The notes: a model not told the origin generated them from the sequence alone. Positions 21,883-34,670 are shown, numbered from the stretch's first letter. The stretch: 64,000 bases of DNA from Azolla caroliniana (GCA_043228905.1 JBHGNT010000014.1:16306001-16370000); one strand, 5' to 3'. A program made the numbers and translations.

Positions 21883-24800
21883 GTCCAGCCAAAATAGGAG
21901 CCGTTTGGTTGGACAGCAACCCTAGATCTGTACAACCCATTAGTGGTTCCATTCCTTCCAAGCAAGTTAGCAATGTGTTCCTAGCCCAAGTCATTGTTAG
22001 TACTAAAAGTACTCCCCCAGTACCCGTCCTAGCACTCTTAGATTCCGGAGCTAATTCCTGTTTCATGGATTGAAATTTTGCCCAAGCTTCTCAGATATCC
22101 CTAAGAAAACTTCCTTGTCCCGCATATGTAGTAGTCATTGATGGTAGTCCCATTGCTTCCAGGAATATTGTAGAAGAATCAGAACCCATTCAAGTTGTCC
22201 TAGGTAGTTTTGTGTGTGTAATATCATTTAATATAATTAGTAGTGCAGAGCATCCCATTGTCCTAGGATTACCTTGGTTTGAATTACATAATCCAACCAT
22301 AGATTGGAGGACAAGAGAAGTCCAATATCGACCACCCCAAGAATCTACTCACCGAGTTTCGACCATTTCACTCCATCAATTACGCGAAGAAGGACACAAG
22401 GAGGCAGTGTTCCTATTTGCAATATCAATACACCCTTCCAGCACTATTAAGAAGGACTCCTCAGTACAACTTCCGGCAAAATATCATCCTTATGCCGATG
22501 TATTTGACAAGGTAAAAGCCGGTACCCTTCCTCATCACCGTCCCTATGACTGTCCCATCGATTTACAACCAGGAACCGAGCCACCATGGGGACCAATTTA
22601 CAACTTGTCACCCACCGAATTAGAAGTCCTTCGAGCCTACATAGAGGAGAACTTGGCAAGCGGGTTCATCCGTCATTCGAAATCTCTGGCCGGTGCACCC
22701 ATCTTCTTTGTTAAGAAGAAAGATGGCTCACTTCGTCTCGTCGTTGATTACCGCGGATTGAATAAGGTCACCATCCGGAATAGGTATGCACTTCCTCTTA
22801 TATCAAGTCTTTTAGAGCGAGTTAATGGTGCCAAGTTTTTTACCAAAATCGATCTACGAGGAGCGTTGTTGCGTTGTTACGCGCGTGCGTGGAGAAATGC
22901 GGAACCACGCGGGTCTTGGACTAGAGAGTGATGGAGCGTAGGAAGTCGTGCTTCACTGTTTCTGGGGCATCCCAGAAACACACCGGAAGCAACCGAAGGG
23001 AGAGAGAGAGAGAGAGAGAGAGAGAGCGTGCTTAAAACCAACTCACACACACACACACACACACACACAGCCCAACCCGACTCACGCCTTATGCACAGAA
23101 AACGCAGGAAAGGGTAAGCACCCGACGCCAACAACGACGCAAATATACACAGGCAAACGTATATATATATATATATATATAAAGGGAAGAATACATTCCC
23201 GGCGTCGAGCCGGACTGAGGTAGGTTACAGTAGTCGTCTGCTGTCAAGCCGCCGTCGGGGAGCTCTCAGCTCGTCGCGCCGAGCGGGGTCTTGCACAGGA
23301 GGCCGAACCAAAGCAAACCCTAAGCAAAACACGAAGAAGGAGGAGAAGAAGAAGAAGAACCTAACTCTAAACCTAACGGTATACCCTCTAATGCAAAATG
23401 GGCAACCCTTTCCCAAAGGGCGTTCCCCTCCTTTTATAGAACAAGGAGAGGGATGCGTTACAATGTGGGACAAATCCCGACTTACATGGGATCGTCTGTC
23501 CCGACTTGACTACTCTTCGGCGCCATAAAGGCGCCCTCGATATTCACACTAAATGTACATGGGTGCGTACACACGCTGCACCCCGCCGATGTAGCCAATG
23601 TTTCCCGGTTTCCGCCTCTGGCCGAAATTCTTCACGACAACGTATAACCTCGTGCGGATCCGACCGGGAGATGAATGGAAAACCGCCTTTCGCACGCGGT
23701 ATGGGCATTTCGAGTATACTGTTATGCCGTTCGGCCTAACCAACGCACCCGCAGTCTTCCAACACATGGCAAATGATATATTCAGAGACCTCTTGGATAT
23801 CTGTTTGATCATCTATCTTGATGATCTATTGATTTATTCGAAGACCCAGCAAGAGCACGATTCTCATGTACTATTAGTACTAAAGCGACTCCGCGAGAAT
23901 GGTCTTTATGCCAAGCTAGAAAAATGTAGCTTTGACTGCAAGCAAGTGGAATTTCTAGGCTACATCATCTCCTCAAAGGGCATCGCCATGGATCCAGCTA
24001 AAGTCCAAACTGTACTAGAGTGGCAAATTCCACGGTCGGTACGAGATGTACAATGTTTTCTAGGTTTTGCTAACTTCTACCATAAGTTTATACAGGATTA
24101 CTCGAAGATTATCCTACCCCTCACACAACTTACGAAGAAGGGCCAAGCATTTCTTTGGTCCATTGAAGCAGATATGGCTTTTTGGCATCTTAAGAAAGCC
24201 TTTACATCAACACCGATTCTAGCTCATGTGGATACTAGCAAACCATTCATCATGGAGGCCAATGCTTCAAATTTCGCCCTCGGTAGCATCCTTTCTCAAC
24301 AAGGAGATAAAGAAGAGTTGCATCCGGTGGCTTTCCATTCGCGCAAATTCGATGTTGCAGAAATCAACCACGAAATACATGACAAGGAGTTATTAGCCAT
24401 CGTGGATTCATTTGTGCAATGGTGGCATTTCTTAGAGGGCTCTCCACATCATGTCGTTGTCTTTAGTGATCATAAAAATCTTGCTTATTTCCAGAACGCT
24501 CGCGTACTAAATCGACGGCAAGCTTGATGGGCGCAATTCCTCACGTGTTTCGACTTCAAAATCACATATCGACCGGGGAAGCAGCAAGGAAAAGCAGATG
24601 CACTATCACGACGTTCATATCTTGCACCTCGTCCTGGTGATCCAACATTTGATAATCAAAAGCAAGTAATTTTGGGACCAACACGATTGCACACGACGCG
24701 GATTTTTCACACCCCGATGGATTCACGGATTACCGATAACATACGTGCAAACTTGAAGACGGATAGTTTTGCTCAAGACATCCTGGCACACATTGATACT

Positions 24801-26197
24801 TCTCAGGCATCCTGTTCTCAGTCTCAACAACCAGGTATTGACTACCGACAATTCGAATATCATGATGGTTTGTTATTCTTTAAAAAGCGCGTATATGTCC
24901 CTGATTGCTCCTGTCGCCTTCACATCGTCCAGCATTGTCACGACACCCATACGACGGGACATTTTGGTAGTACTAAGACATTGGAGCTAGTGCAGCGATC
25001 TGTTTGGTGGCCCCACATGCGCCGTTTTGCTGCCGAGCAAAGATGCCACGATACCATCCATATGGCTTGTTGGAACCCTTACCGATTCCAAGTAAGCCGT
25101 GGCAGTCTATTTTTCTTGATTTTATCACAGATCTGCCGGTCTCGCAGCGGTTCGATGCTATCTTAACCGTCGTCGATCGATATACGAAGATGGCACATTT
25201 TGTTCCGTGTACTAAGGCCATCACTAACGAGGAAACCGCCGCCCTAGTCATGCGTGAGGTATTTCGGCATCATGGCCTCCCAGACAGTATCATCAGTGAC
25301 CGAGGACCGCAATTTTTCTCCAAATTTTGGCAGCATCTCTTCAAGATGCTCAAGGTCTCTTGCAACCTCTCCTCCGGCTACCATCCTCAGACCGATGGGC
25401 AGGCAGAACGAACAAACCAAACACTGGAGCAATATCTCTGGTGTTTCCTGAGTTATCAACAGGACAATTGGGCCGAGATTCTCCACTTTGCGGAGTTTGC
25501 GTATAATAATGTTGTTCACTCCTCGACTCAAGTCTCCCCATTCTACGCTTATACCGGTTCTCATCCTCACTGGTCGGTGATCGACACCCCTGAGCTACCT
25601 ACCAATCCTCGTGCTGGGGATCATTTGGAGAGACTACGCAAGATCCAGACAAATCTCTCGACTCATCTTCGTCATGCTCAACAGACACAGAAGACTTACG
25701 CGGATCGTCATCGGCTTCCCTCCTCTTTTGCCATCGGAGATCGAGTATGGCTCTTACGTCGTCACATCAAGACTACTCGACCGTGCGACAAGTTGGATTA
25801 TCGACGACTCGGTCCTTTCCGTATTACGGGTAAAGTTAATGATGTCACATTCCGCCTTGATCTCCCTCCGCAGCTTTAGATACATCCGGTTTTCCATTGT
25901 TCTCTTCTTGAACCTTATAAAGCAAACACCATTCCCGATCGTGTTACACCACCGCCAGCCCCGCTGGAGTTGGACGTCGGCCCGGAGTATGAAGTTGCTG
26001 CCATCCTCGATTCCAAACTTATTCGCAACAAACTTTATTATTTGGTCGATTGGGATGGTTATAGTCTGAGCGAACGCACTTGGGAACCCGTCGAGCATGT
26101 TGCCAATGCTCAGGATCTGCTTGCTGATTTTCACCGAAAGTATCCGAACAAACCCGGTCTGCAGTCAACGCCGACTCGTTCCACTCGTCGTCTTTAA
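21879..26197 (+). pseudogene. Chromovirus pol (PR, RT, RNase H, integrase, chromodomain), interrupted by stops and solo LTR 22867-23639
   Basis: LLDSGANS; [26 protein letters not shown]|YNLVRI, YLDD; KELLAIV; SDRGPQF, HPQTDGQAER; EYEVAAILDS..YLVDWDGY..TWEP. Confidence 0.9.
22867..23639 (-). mobile_element. Solo LTR (773 bp), 4-bp-TSD group, inserted in chromovirus RT
   Basis: TGTTGCG...TTCACGACA; flanks GCGT/ACGT; splits DLRGA/YNL; GCGGAACCAC..GGGTCTTGGAC motif shared with 1822-2904. Confidence 0.82.
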
Positions 26198-28283
26198 GGG
26201 GGAGATAATGTCATGATATGGCAAGACTCGAACCTATGACCTTATGGTATATGGGTCGAGCTCTTAACCATCACACCATCTATTGTAATTCATATGATAT
26301 TATTTTCATTTATGTTTTATTATAAGAAAGTAATGTATATTCCAGATTTCTCTGGAACATTCTAGAAGTTTCAGGATTACTCCTGACAACACTATAAAAG
26401 AAGGCACTAGGCATTATGTTGAACCAAATTGGTTCAACGCCAGTCTTAAGCCTCTCAGCCGCTTTGTACTTATCTTTTCACATAATATATTAGCTGTTGT
26501 CATCATCTTTCTCTCTCTCTCTCATCCTCGCTATCTCTCTCTCTCTCCTCTTCTCACTTCCTCTCTCGGGAATCTTACGCAGTCCCATCCTCTTAGTACT
26601 AATAGTACTACTCTTCTTAGTACTAATTCCATCTCTGCTTTAGTACTATTCCTGACAACAAGGAAGACACAAACACACGCACGAAATGCTCATACGCCTT
26701 TATGAGGAGGAGAGGTGCATGGGCAAGCCCGAAATGGTCCCTCGTCACAAGATGGTCAAACGTACAAGGAAGACACAACACACACACAAATGCTCGTACG
26801 TCTTTATGAGGAGGAGAGGTGTATGGGCACGTCCGAAACGCTCCCTCGTCACAAGACGCTCGAACGTACAAGGAAGACACAAACACACACACAAATACTC
26901 GTACGCCTTTATGAGGAGGAGAGGTGCATGGGTTAGCCCGAAACGATCCCTCGTCACATGACGGTCGAACGTACAAGGAAGACACAAACACACGCACAAA
27001 AGGCTCATACGCCTTTATGAGGAGGAGAGGTGCATGGGCAAGCCCGAAACGGTCCCTCGTCACAAGACGGCCGAACGTACAAGGAAGACACGAACAAAGA
27101 AAGAAGGAAAGAAAGAAACACGAATGATATCAGCCAAAGAAATAAATACGTGTTTGATTCCAACGCAAGAGGACCCTTTATAAAATAGGGTTTGATTACA
27201 ATGGCAACTTATAGTTAACCACAAGCTCAATCAAAACATAAATACTAAATGCCCTTAGAGACAAGAGCAAATCCGAACACAGCGAAGATGAACACATGAC
27301 CACCACCAAAATGTCAATCCCAACGAACCACGACCACCCGAATGGCGAGCACACGGGCTCGCAACGACGAATGGGGCGGAGCAACATTGAACCAACGAAG
27401 CTTGGGCTCACGAGCACTTTGAGTGCCGACGTGAAGAAGACGAGCACGTGGCGGTGGGGGGATGAAGGGGTATGAGATGAAGAGAAGTGGTGAATAAGAA
27501 GATGAAGAGCTCCGAAGGAAAATTGGCGATAGTCTCCTCCTCCCCAAAACGTCCTCCCCGAATGAGCCCCCCTCGACCTCCTTTTATAGGAAAAAGGAAG
27601 GGGAGGTTACCAATTTTGTCTTTAATGTAAAAAAGGAATAAAATTCCTTAAATCACGTTGCACTATAAGACTAGATTTGAACCGTGCACCTCTAACTAGA
27701 AATCAATGTGACTATCCACTAGCCCATTAACTCTCTCTTATATACCTCTATAAATTAATAGCTTGTCTCCCCTCTACCTTTTATCTCTCCTCTCTTTTAC
27801 TTTTTGCACGAGCTTCTATATCTCCTTTCCACCCTTTCTTTTCCCTTTTATTTTGCATATGCACAATTAATCGCCTTTGTGTGCACACACATTGCACATG
27901 CACATTTTGATCCCCCCTTTCGCCGGTTTTCCCACTCTCGAGCACACCACATCACGACATCGGAGGTTCCCCCAATGGAGTGTCCACCCTCCTGATGAGA
28001 AACCAACATAGATGCCATCTTTATATGACTGTTTGACTGAGATCAATGGTCTTGAGAGCATACATGTAAAACATTGTGTAGTACTAATGTAGAGCCACCC
28101 GGAAGGTTGAGCTCTACAATGTTGACTCCAATTATGGCGCAATGTTGGGAGTTTTAGACTTGGACTGAGTCAGAATGTCAGGCCGAATATTGCCGAAATT
28201 GGGATCTATGAGGGGTCACACGATAGGACACACCCGAATCCAAGAGCCATGTGCTCAATTCCTCAATCATGAGCAAAACTTCT

Positions 28284-29379
28284 TGTTACCATACGAGATG
28301 TGCAGAGAGTTGAGTGTTATGAGTGAGGGTGAAGAGACTTAATGATGTTGTATGTATGTGTAATGTGTATGATTACGAGTGTGAGTATATGCGTAAGCGT
28401 AAGTGTGAGTGGACGGATAAGATGAGGAGTGAGTGAGTGATTAGTGTGAATGGCCAAGGGGGTTGCACCCCTCTTGTAACTATTTAACCCCCTTATGGGG
28501 AATGAATGAAACATGAATAAGTTCTCTCTCAATCTCTCTCTCTTGACATCTCTCTCTTTCTATCTCCCTCTCTCATGTTGAACCCCCTTGGGAGGGGGGT
28601 GGAGCCATTCTAGGCACCCAGCCCCACCCCGCAATCCTTATCAATCTATCAACCCTAAACTGATAACACTATTTTGGCACGCTTGGTGGGACAGAGGCAT
28701 GCGGCGAAATTTTAAAAAACTTGAGGCTAGAGGACAAAATTTCAAAATTTCAAGGGTATATAATAGAATTTTAAAAATCGAAGGGCAACGACGAGATTTT
28801 GAAAACTTATCAACGTGAAAGAAATGGACGCGATCAACTCATGATAACTCACAAAATACATGGAAGAACACACATACACACAACGTGATTTTGGGCCCAT
28901 GATGAAGTTCGTGTGCCGATAGAATGAGATCTTCATGTAAAAGAAGATTTGCTGACTGACGAAGATGTTCGAGTCAAGCATTCCAATCGAGGGAGTCGAT
29001 AGTAGAGAAGACCGATGAAGTTCCGGTCGAATAGAGATCAAGGCATGTGGGATCAACGTGCAATGCAATGTCCCACGTGTGTGCCATAATGTGTTACCGT
29101 ACGAGATATCCGGAGAGTTTACTGTTATGAGTGAGGGTGAAGAGACTTAATGTTGTTGTATGTATTGTGTAATGATTATGAGTGTGAGTATATGCGTAAG
29201 TGTGAGTGTGAGTGGACAGATCATAAGGGGTGTGAGTGAGTGATTAGTGTGAATGGCTTGCATCCCTCTTGTAACTATTTAACGCCCTTATGGGGAATGA
29301 ATGAAACATGAATAAGTTCTCTCTCAATCTCTCTCTCTCCCTCCCTTGACGTCACTCTCTTTCTCTCTCCCTCTCTCAT
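28284..29379 (+). mobile_element. Small non-coding LTR element (TRIM-like): LTR 28284-28668, ~420-bp internal region, second LTR from 29092 truncated at ~29379
   Basis: Direct repeat; TGTTACCA...TGATAACA termini; PBS TGGCACGCTTGGTGGGAC 28675-28692 (tRNA-Arg type, as in Tat/Ogre-group gypsy). Confidence 0.8.
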
Positions 29380-29552
29380 AGACGACCACATTATAGGATA
29401 TCTCATCAAGCTTTTGAGGCATCTCGATCTCTATATGAGTCTGGTTATACTAGCTCAAGGTATGGCCTGATGGTGAGTTGGCTTCTTGCAAACCGTCTAG
29501 ACATTAATAATCTACGCCCCCTTAGGTACAACCACACGATCGATAATACTTT

Positions 29553-29633
29553 TGCTAAGAATTAGGTAAGTAATTAAGCAAGGATTAATTAGTACCTAGT
29601 TATGTGATTAGTTGATAAGCGGAAGATTAAGTG

Positions 29634-29685
<52 letters not shown>

Positions 29686-32600
29686 CTTATGAACAACACA
29701 AGATGGGGGATAAGTAAGTATATTAAATTAGCATTATCATCATCAAATGCAAAAATACCCACAATGAGGTATATATACATCTCATGTGCAAGGGGGCACA
29801 TGTGTGAGTGGAATATAGGTACTAAGGTGTGCGTAATGATGGGCCATATACTCGTTGTAGCCGAGCCGAGTGACGAGATTCTTCTCTCTAGAAGAGCGTC
29901 GAAGTAGAAGAGCGCCTTCTTTGCTCCGGGTGTACGCATGATGGGTACACTGAACTCACTATCTAGTGAGGGAGCCGACACATCTGAATCACTGTCGTCG
30001 GGGTGATCAACTTCGTATTCGGGCATCTTACCTTTGCCTTTGTCCAAGTTCGTACTTGGCCACGACGTGCTTGGGTCGCGTGGGGGCTCTTGTGGCCCAC
30101 TAGGCTTTGTCGTAATCGAACTTTCTTCGAACATGTGTTCGAAGCGATCTCCATCTTCTATCTCTTGTTCGGCGGATTCCGGGTTGAGCGGAGTCGGAGT
30201 CGAAGTTGCCTTTGGTGCGTACCACGATGCGGACTCATTGAAGACTACATTTCGACTTACATGAACTTCTCGCGTCGACGGGTTGTAGCACTTGTATGCT
30301 ATCTTCTCGGATGAGTATCCTATGAGGATACATTCCTCCGACTTCGCGTCGGGCTTCTGTCATTGTTCATTCGGAATGCGTACATTCGCAATGCTTCCGA
30401 AAACCTTGAGGTGTGACAGGATCGACTTCCTTCCAACGACGAGCTCGTATGGAGTTAGCTCATGGACTCCATTAGTGGTGCACCGGTTCATGAGATAGAC
30501 GGCCGTGGATGCCGCTTCAACCCAATAGAAATTCAGCATGTGCTTCTCATGCATCATGGCGCATGCTACCTCGAGTATTTGCCGATTCTTCCTTTCGGCG
30601 ACTCCATTTTGTTGGGGTGTGTGTCGGCATGAGAATTCTCTACGAATGCCTTCACTTTGGAGGTAGGAGGTGAATTCGTCAGAGAAGTACTCATTTCCTC
30701 CATCCGATCGTAGGCATCGAATGTGCCAACCGGTTTCTTTTTTGACTTGCCCCTTGAGCTTTTGGAAGTGGGAGAGCACTTCGCTTTTCTTCTTCATCGG
30801 GTAGATCCACGCGCTACTCGGTTTCTTTTTTGACTTGCCCCTTGAGCTTTTGGAAGTGGGAGAGCACTTCGCTTTTCTTCTTCATCGGGTAGATCCACGC
30901 GTAGCGCGAGTAGTCAACGATGAAGGTTACGTAGTATCAGCATACGCCGATCGTCGGCGTTTGAGCCAGTCCCCATACATCTGAGTGTATGACGTCGAGG
31001 AGGCCTTTGCTCGCGTGGCTCTCCTTCGAGAATGGGAGTCAATGTTGTTTGCCGAGTTGACACGCTTCGCATACTCGGTCGACTCGTTTCGACTCAAATG
31101 TCGGAAGTCCAATGAAGACTCCCTTGGTTTGCATCGCTCATAGCCGTCAGAGGTTTATGTGGCCGATTCTCTTGTGCCACAACTCGATGCTTGTCTCGGT
31201 TTTGAGACCTTTGGCATACATTGTCAATTTCACCTTGTTCGAATTGAGGATGAACATTCGGTCATCTCTTCGCCCCTTAGCTATGAGTCGGCCATCTTTC
31301 TCAATGAAACAACCTTCAGTGTTGAAGCGGACTTGCATGCCTTGCTCCACGATTTGGCCGACCGAGACCAAATTCTTCGTTATTGTGGGCACGTGCAAGA
31401 CATTCTTGATGCAAGTTTGCTCGCCTTCTTTCCCGAATGGGACATTGCCGATGTGCCATATGGGGTGCGTGGTGTCGTCTCCCGTCTCTATGAAGCCGGG
31501 TCGATCCGGCGTTCATAAATCACGAAACCACTCTTCGTGAGATGTCATGTGATGTGAGGCGCCAGAGTCAATGTACCATACATCTTCCGAGTTGGAGGTG
31601 CTTGCGGAGTTGGAGTTCGTCATAGAGTTTGCTCTATGCCTCATTACAAACATTCCGCCACGGTCACCGTAGTCGGAATTTGGGGCGTAATTTGTAAACA
31701 TTTCACTACGATTGTTGTAGTCAGAATTCGACGCATGATTCGTGAACATTTCGCTACGGTTGTCGTGGTCGGAGTTCGATGCATAGTTTGTGAGGTGTCG
31801 ACTTGTTGAAAGCGACTCACTTCTCTTTTATTGACACTCCACCTCGTAGTGGCCGATTTTGCCGGAATAATTGCAAGTTGCAGGCCTCGTTTGCCAACCA
31901 TGTTCGGCATGGAAGCTCCCCCTTCTTCCGAAGGTTCCTCGATGGCTTCCGTGAAGGTTTGAGTTCCCTTTGCGTGATGGGTCGAATTGACCTCTTCTAC
32001 CGCCGTGACCTCCTCCTCGGCCACCGTCCGAATTCGAGAAGAACATTTGTCCTTCTGACGTCTTGCTTTTCGTTCGGACGTGGTTCTCTTTGACCAATAA
32101 CACTGATTGGAGGTCGAAGAATGAAGGAGGGGTTTCTCTCGCCAAGATTGCCATCCGTAATGGATCGAATCGTTGTGTGAGGCCTCCCAAGCATACTTGC
32201 ACCATCTCGTCTTCGTCGACGTTTATTTTGATGGAGCCAAGAGACTCGCAAATGCTCTTGTTGCGTAGTCAACGTTCTTTGAGTCGGGTTGATTTTCTTG
32301 AGCGTCGTTGATGTAGCTCGAATACCCTTGGCCGACGAGGTATTGGGTCATCTTGTACTCCCAAGATAAATAATTGCTCCGGTCTAGCTTTTCACTAGGG
32401 AGCGAGCTACCCATTTGTGTGTTCATGTTGATTAGTGTCTTCTCTTCTTTTGCTTTTCTTCCTCGATCACGTACACGTGCTACGTAGCGGCACTACAGTA
32501 GCGGATAACCGGAATTTGTCGTCGGCGTTTCGAAAACACAATTATGAAGAGGCAGATGGGCTTAGTGGATGTGCTAAACCACACACTCTAATACCATGTT

Positions 32601-33045
32601 AAGAATTAGGTAAGTAATTAAGCAATGATTAATTAGTACCTAATTATGTGATTAGTTGATAAGTTAAGCGGAAGATTAAGTGATATGTGTGTGTATGTGT
32701 GTGAGAGGAAGAGAGAGAGAGATACACTTATGAAGAACATAAGATGGGGGATGAGTAACTATATTAAATTAGCATTATCATCATCATCAAATACAAAAAT
32801 ACCATCAATGAGGTATATATAGATCTCATGTGCAAAGGTGCACATGTGTGAGGAGAATATAGGTACAACTGTCTAAGTCCTATATTAAATGACCTTGGGA
32901 GTGGAGGATCTAGAATATCCTACTTAAGTACAAGGTCCTATTTAAGTCATTATAGTCAACACTTCTAACTAGATTCTATCTAGGTAACTACAAAATTACA
33001 TGGTTGACTAACTAACTAAGCTAAGTTGAGCTTGATCTCTCAACA
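29553..33045 (-). mobile_element. Deleted Ty1/copia E: 5' LTR 32597-33045, gag-PR-INT relic, RT/RH lost, partial 3' LTR 29553-~29822
   Basis: PBS relic rc CTCTAATACCA 32586-32596; gag start 32426 (KLDRSNYLSWEYKM), WYIDSGASHHMT, RSDGGNEY..QQNGVAER; LTR repeat; no TSD match. Confidence 0.85.
30731..30901. repeat. 88-bp-period tandem duplication within copia E integrase
   Basis: CGGTTTCTTTTTTGACTTG...GATCCACGCG at 30731 and 30819. Confidence 0.9.
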
Positions 33046-34670
33046 AAGACTATGTACATACAATGTCCTACAGAACACTTTTTATACAACTCCTTAAAAG
33101 CACTGACAGAAGTATTTACATGTACTTCAATGCTCGTACGAGCAACTGACACTAACTCCAAGGAATATGCCTACGTACTAGGCTCAGACCGTAGGCCTCT
33201 AACGGCCCACCAATTACACTCCGATCCGGCTCTTGATTTCGGATACCTATTCGGTTCTTCGTTCTGGATATTGATCCGGCTCCGGCTTATTCAGCCGATT
33301 CGGATCTGGTTGAGCTTGTCCGCTCAACACTCCCCCTCAAGCTCAACTTGAGGTCGAATCATGGTGTCAATGTCTGTCGGTTCTTCCCTCCGACTCCTCT
33401 TGGCGTCTTCCCGCCTTGCTCGCGCTCCTCGACCTTCCCGTCGGCTTGTCTGCTCATAAGGCCCATCTCAGCTCCTTCGTTGTTGTGACTTCGGCGCTTC
33501 TCAACCCGCCGGTTCCTCCGTGTCGATGTCGTTTTCTCCTGCCTCCTTGTCCGCTTGGCCTTGAGTTGATTTGGTTCCTCCGAATCGAATGCCTCTTCTA
33601 AATCGGATGACTCTGATTCGTTCTAGCTCTTGTTTAAATTGGTTGTCTCCAATTTGTCCCCAACCTTCAGGCCCTTTACCACATCAGACCATGTCTGAGT
33701 CTTGGCCTTCTTCTTCTTGTCCGTAGTGTCCTTCTTGACTCTACCACCGTCACCGCTTGTTCTGCCTTCTTTGGATTCAGCTATATTTTCGTCCTTGTCT
33801 CCCCCCGTTTCAATTTCCTTCTCTCCAGCTACTTTTCTGGTTCCTTTACCTACATTTCTGGTTTTTGTTCTAGTACCCCCGTACTAGTACCAATTCTCCC
33901 CCTCAAGTGTGGCATGTCAAGATGTTGAAGACCAAGCATCTCCGAAAAATGCTGCAACTTGGTGGTTCTGAGTGCCTTCGTGAAGATGTCGACAAACCTA
34001 TCGATCCGTTCGAACATACCAAAGTTTGACTTCACCGCTCCAAACCCGCTAGCGCACAAAGTGGTAGTGCATTTCTATGTGCTTTGTCCAAGCATGGAAC
34101 ACATGGTTCTTGACTAACTGCATGTTGCTCATGTTGTCGCAGTAGATCAAGATCAAAGTCGATACTTCGATCCGGAGGTCTTGCAGCAGCCGCCGACGCC
34201 ATATGGCTTCACAGGTGGCAACGATTGTGCCCTGATACTTAGCCTTTGTACTCGATAGAGCCACTGTCGGTTGCTTTTTGCTGCTCCACGCAACAATCGC
34301 GCTAGTTGGAGAGAACATGTAACCGGAAGTGGACTGACGATCCGATGCGTCACCGGCCAAGTCGGCATTTGCATATCCGACTAGCTTTTCGGTTATAGCG
34401 TGTCTGTATAACAATCCCCGGTCCTTAGTGCCTCTAACATACCTAAGTATTCGGTGCGTGCACTGAAGGTGCTCCAAGGTCGGCTTCTACATAAACTGAA
34501 TTATCATCATGATCGGATAGCTAATATCGGGTTGGGTGATAGTGAGATAGATGACGCTTCCGACAATTTTTCGAAACCGTTTCCGTTGTAGGGCGGTCCA
34601 AAGTTGGGACGAAGCTTCAAGTTCTGGTTTAGGGGTGTGGAGACTAATCAACAATCCGTCATGCCGAACT
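33046..34670 (-). mobile_element. Copia F 3' fragment (RT end, RNase H, extension, PPT, partial 3' LTR 33046-33329), related to C
   Basis: WSSKKQPTVALSST, TKHIEMHYHFVR, LGLQHLDMPHLRG; LTR homologous to 6810-7208. Confidence 0.85.

Larger units (their letters stand above)
20196..26657 (+). mobile_element. Full-length but mutated Ty3/gypsy chromovirus (family 2, Tcn1-like); LTRs 20196-20650 and 26209-26657
   Basis: TG...CA LTRs with about 8 substitutions; TSD ACGAG/ACAAG; PPT AAGGGGGAGATAA 26196-26208; no tRNA PBS; gag-PR-RT-RH-INT-chromodomain order. Confidence 0.93.
20091..27095. repeat. ~105-bp tandem array (about 5 units) split by the chromovirus insertion
   Basis: AGGAAGACAC unit starts at 26661, 26767, 26871, 26976, 27082; one further unit at 20091-20195. 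Confidence 0.88.
19841..27959 (-). mobile_element. Solo LTR (~1.65 kb net), 4-bp-TSD group, interrupted by chromovirus 20196-26657
   Basis: TGTCGCGA...TCACGACA termini; TSD CCGG/TCGG; shares GGGTCTTGGAC motif and minus-strand TATA (CTTTTATAG ~27581) with 1822-2904 and 22867-23639. Confidence 0.78.
18660..28283 (-). mobile_element. Degenerate Ty1/copia host D (protease to integrase), split by insertion 19841-27959
   Basis: EVLL..EELSTWLLDSG protease (28283-28230), GGWTLHWGNL/ARRQKVHS across the insertion, integrase relics 18900-19600; same family as 62259-63491; left boundary approximate. Confidence 0.75.

Noticed and set aside
26661-27095. Regularly spaced repeats resembling a CRISPR array (also the LTR B U3 repeats)
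   Set aside because: Whole units repeat, with no unique spacers and no cas genes; the context is eukaryotic.
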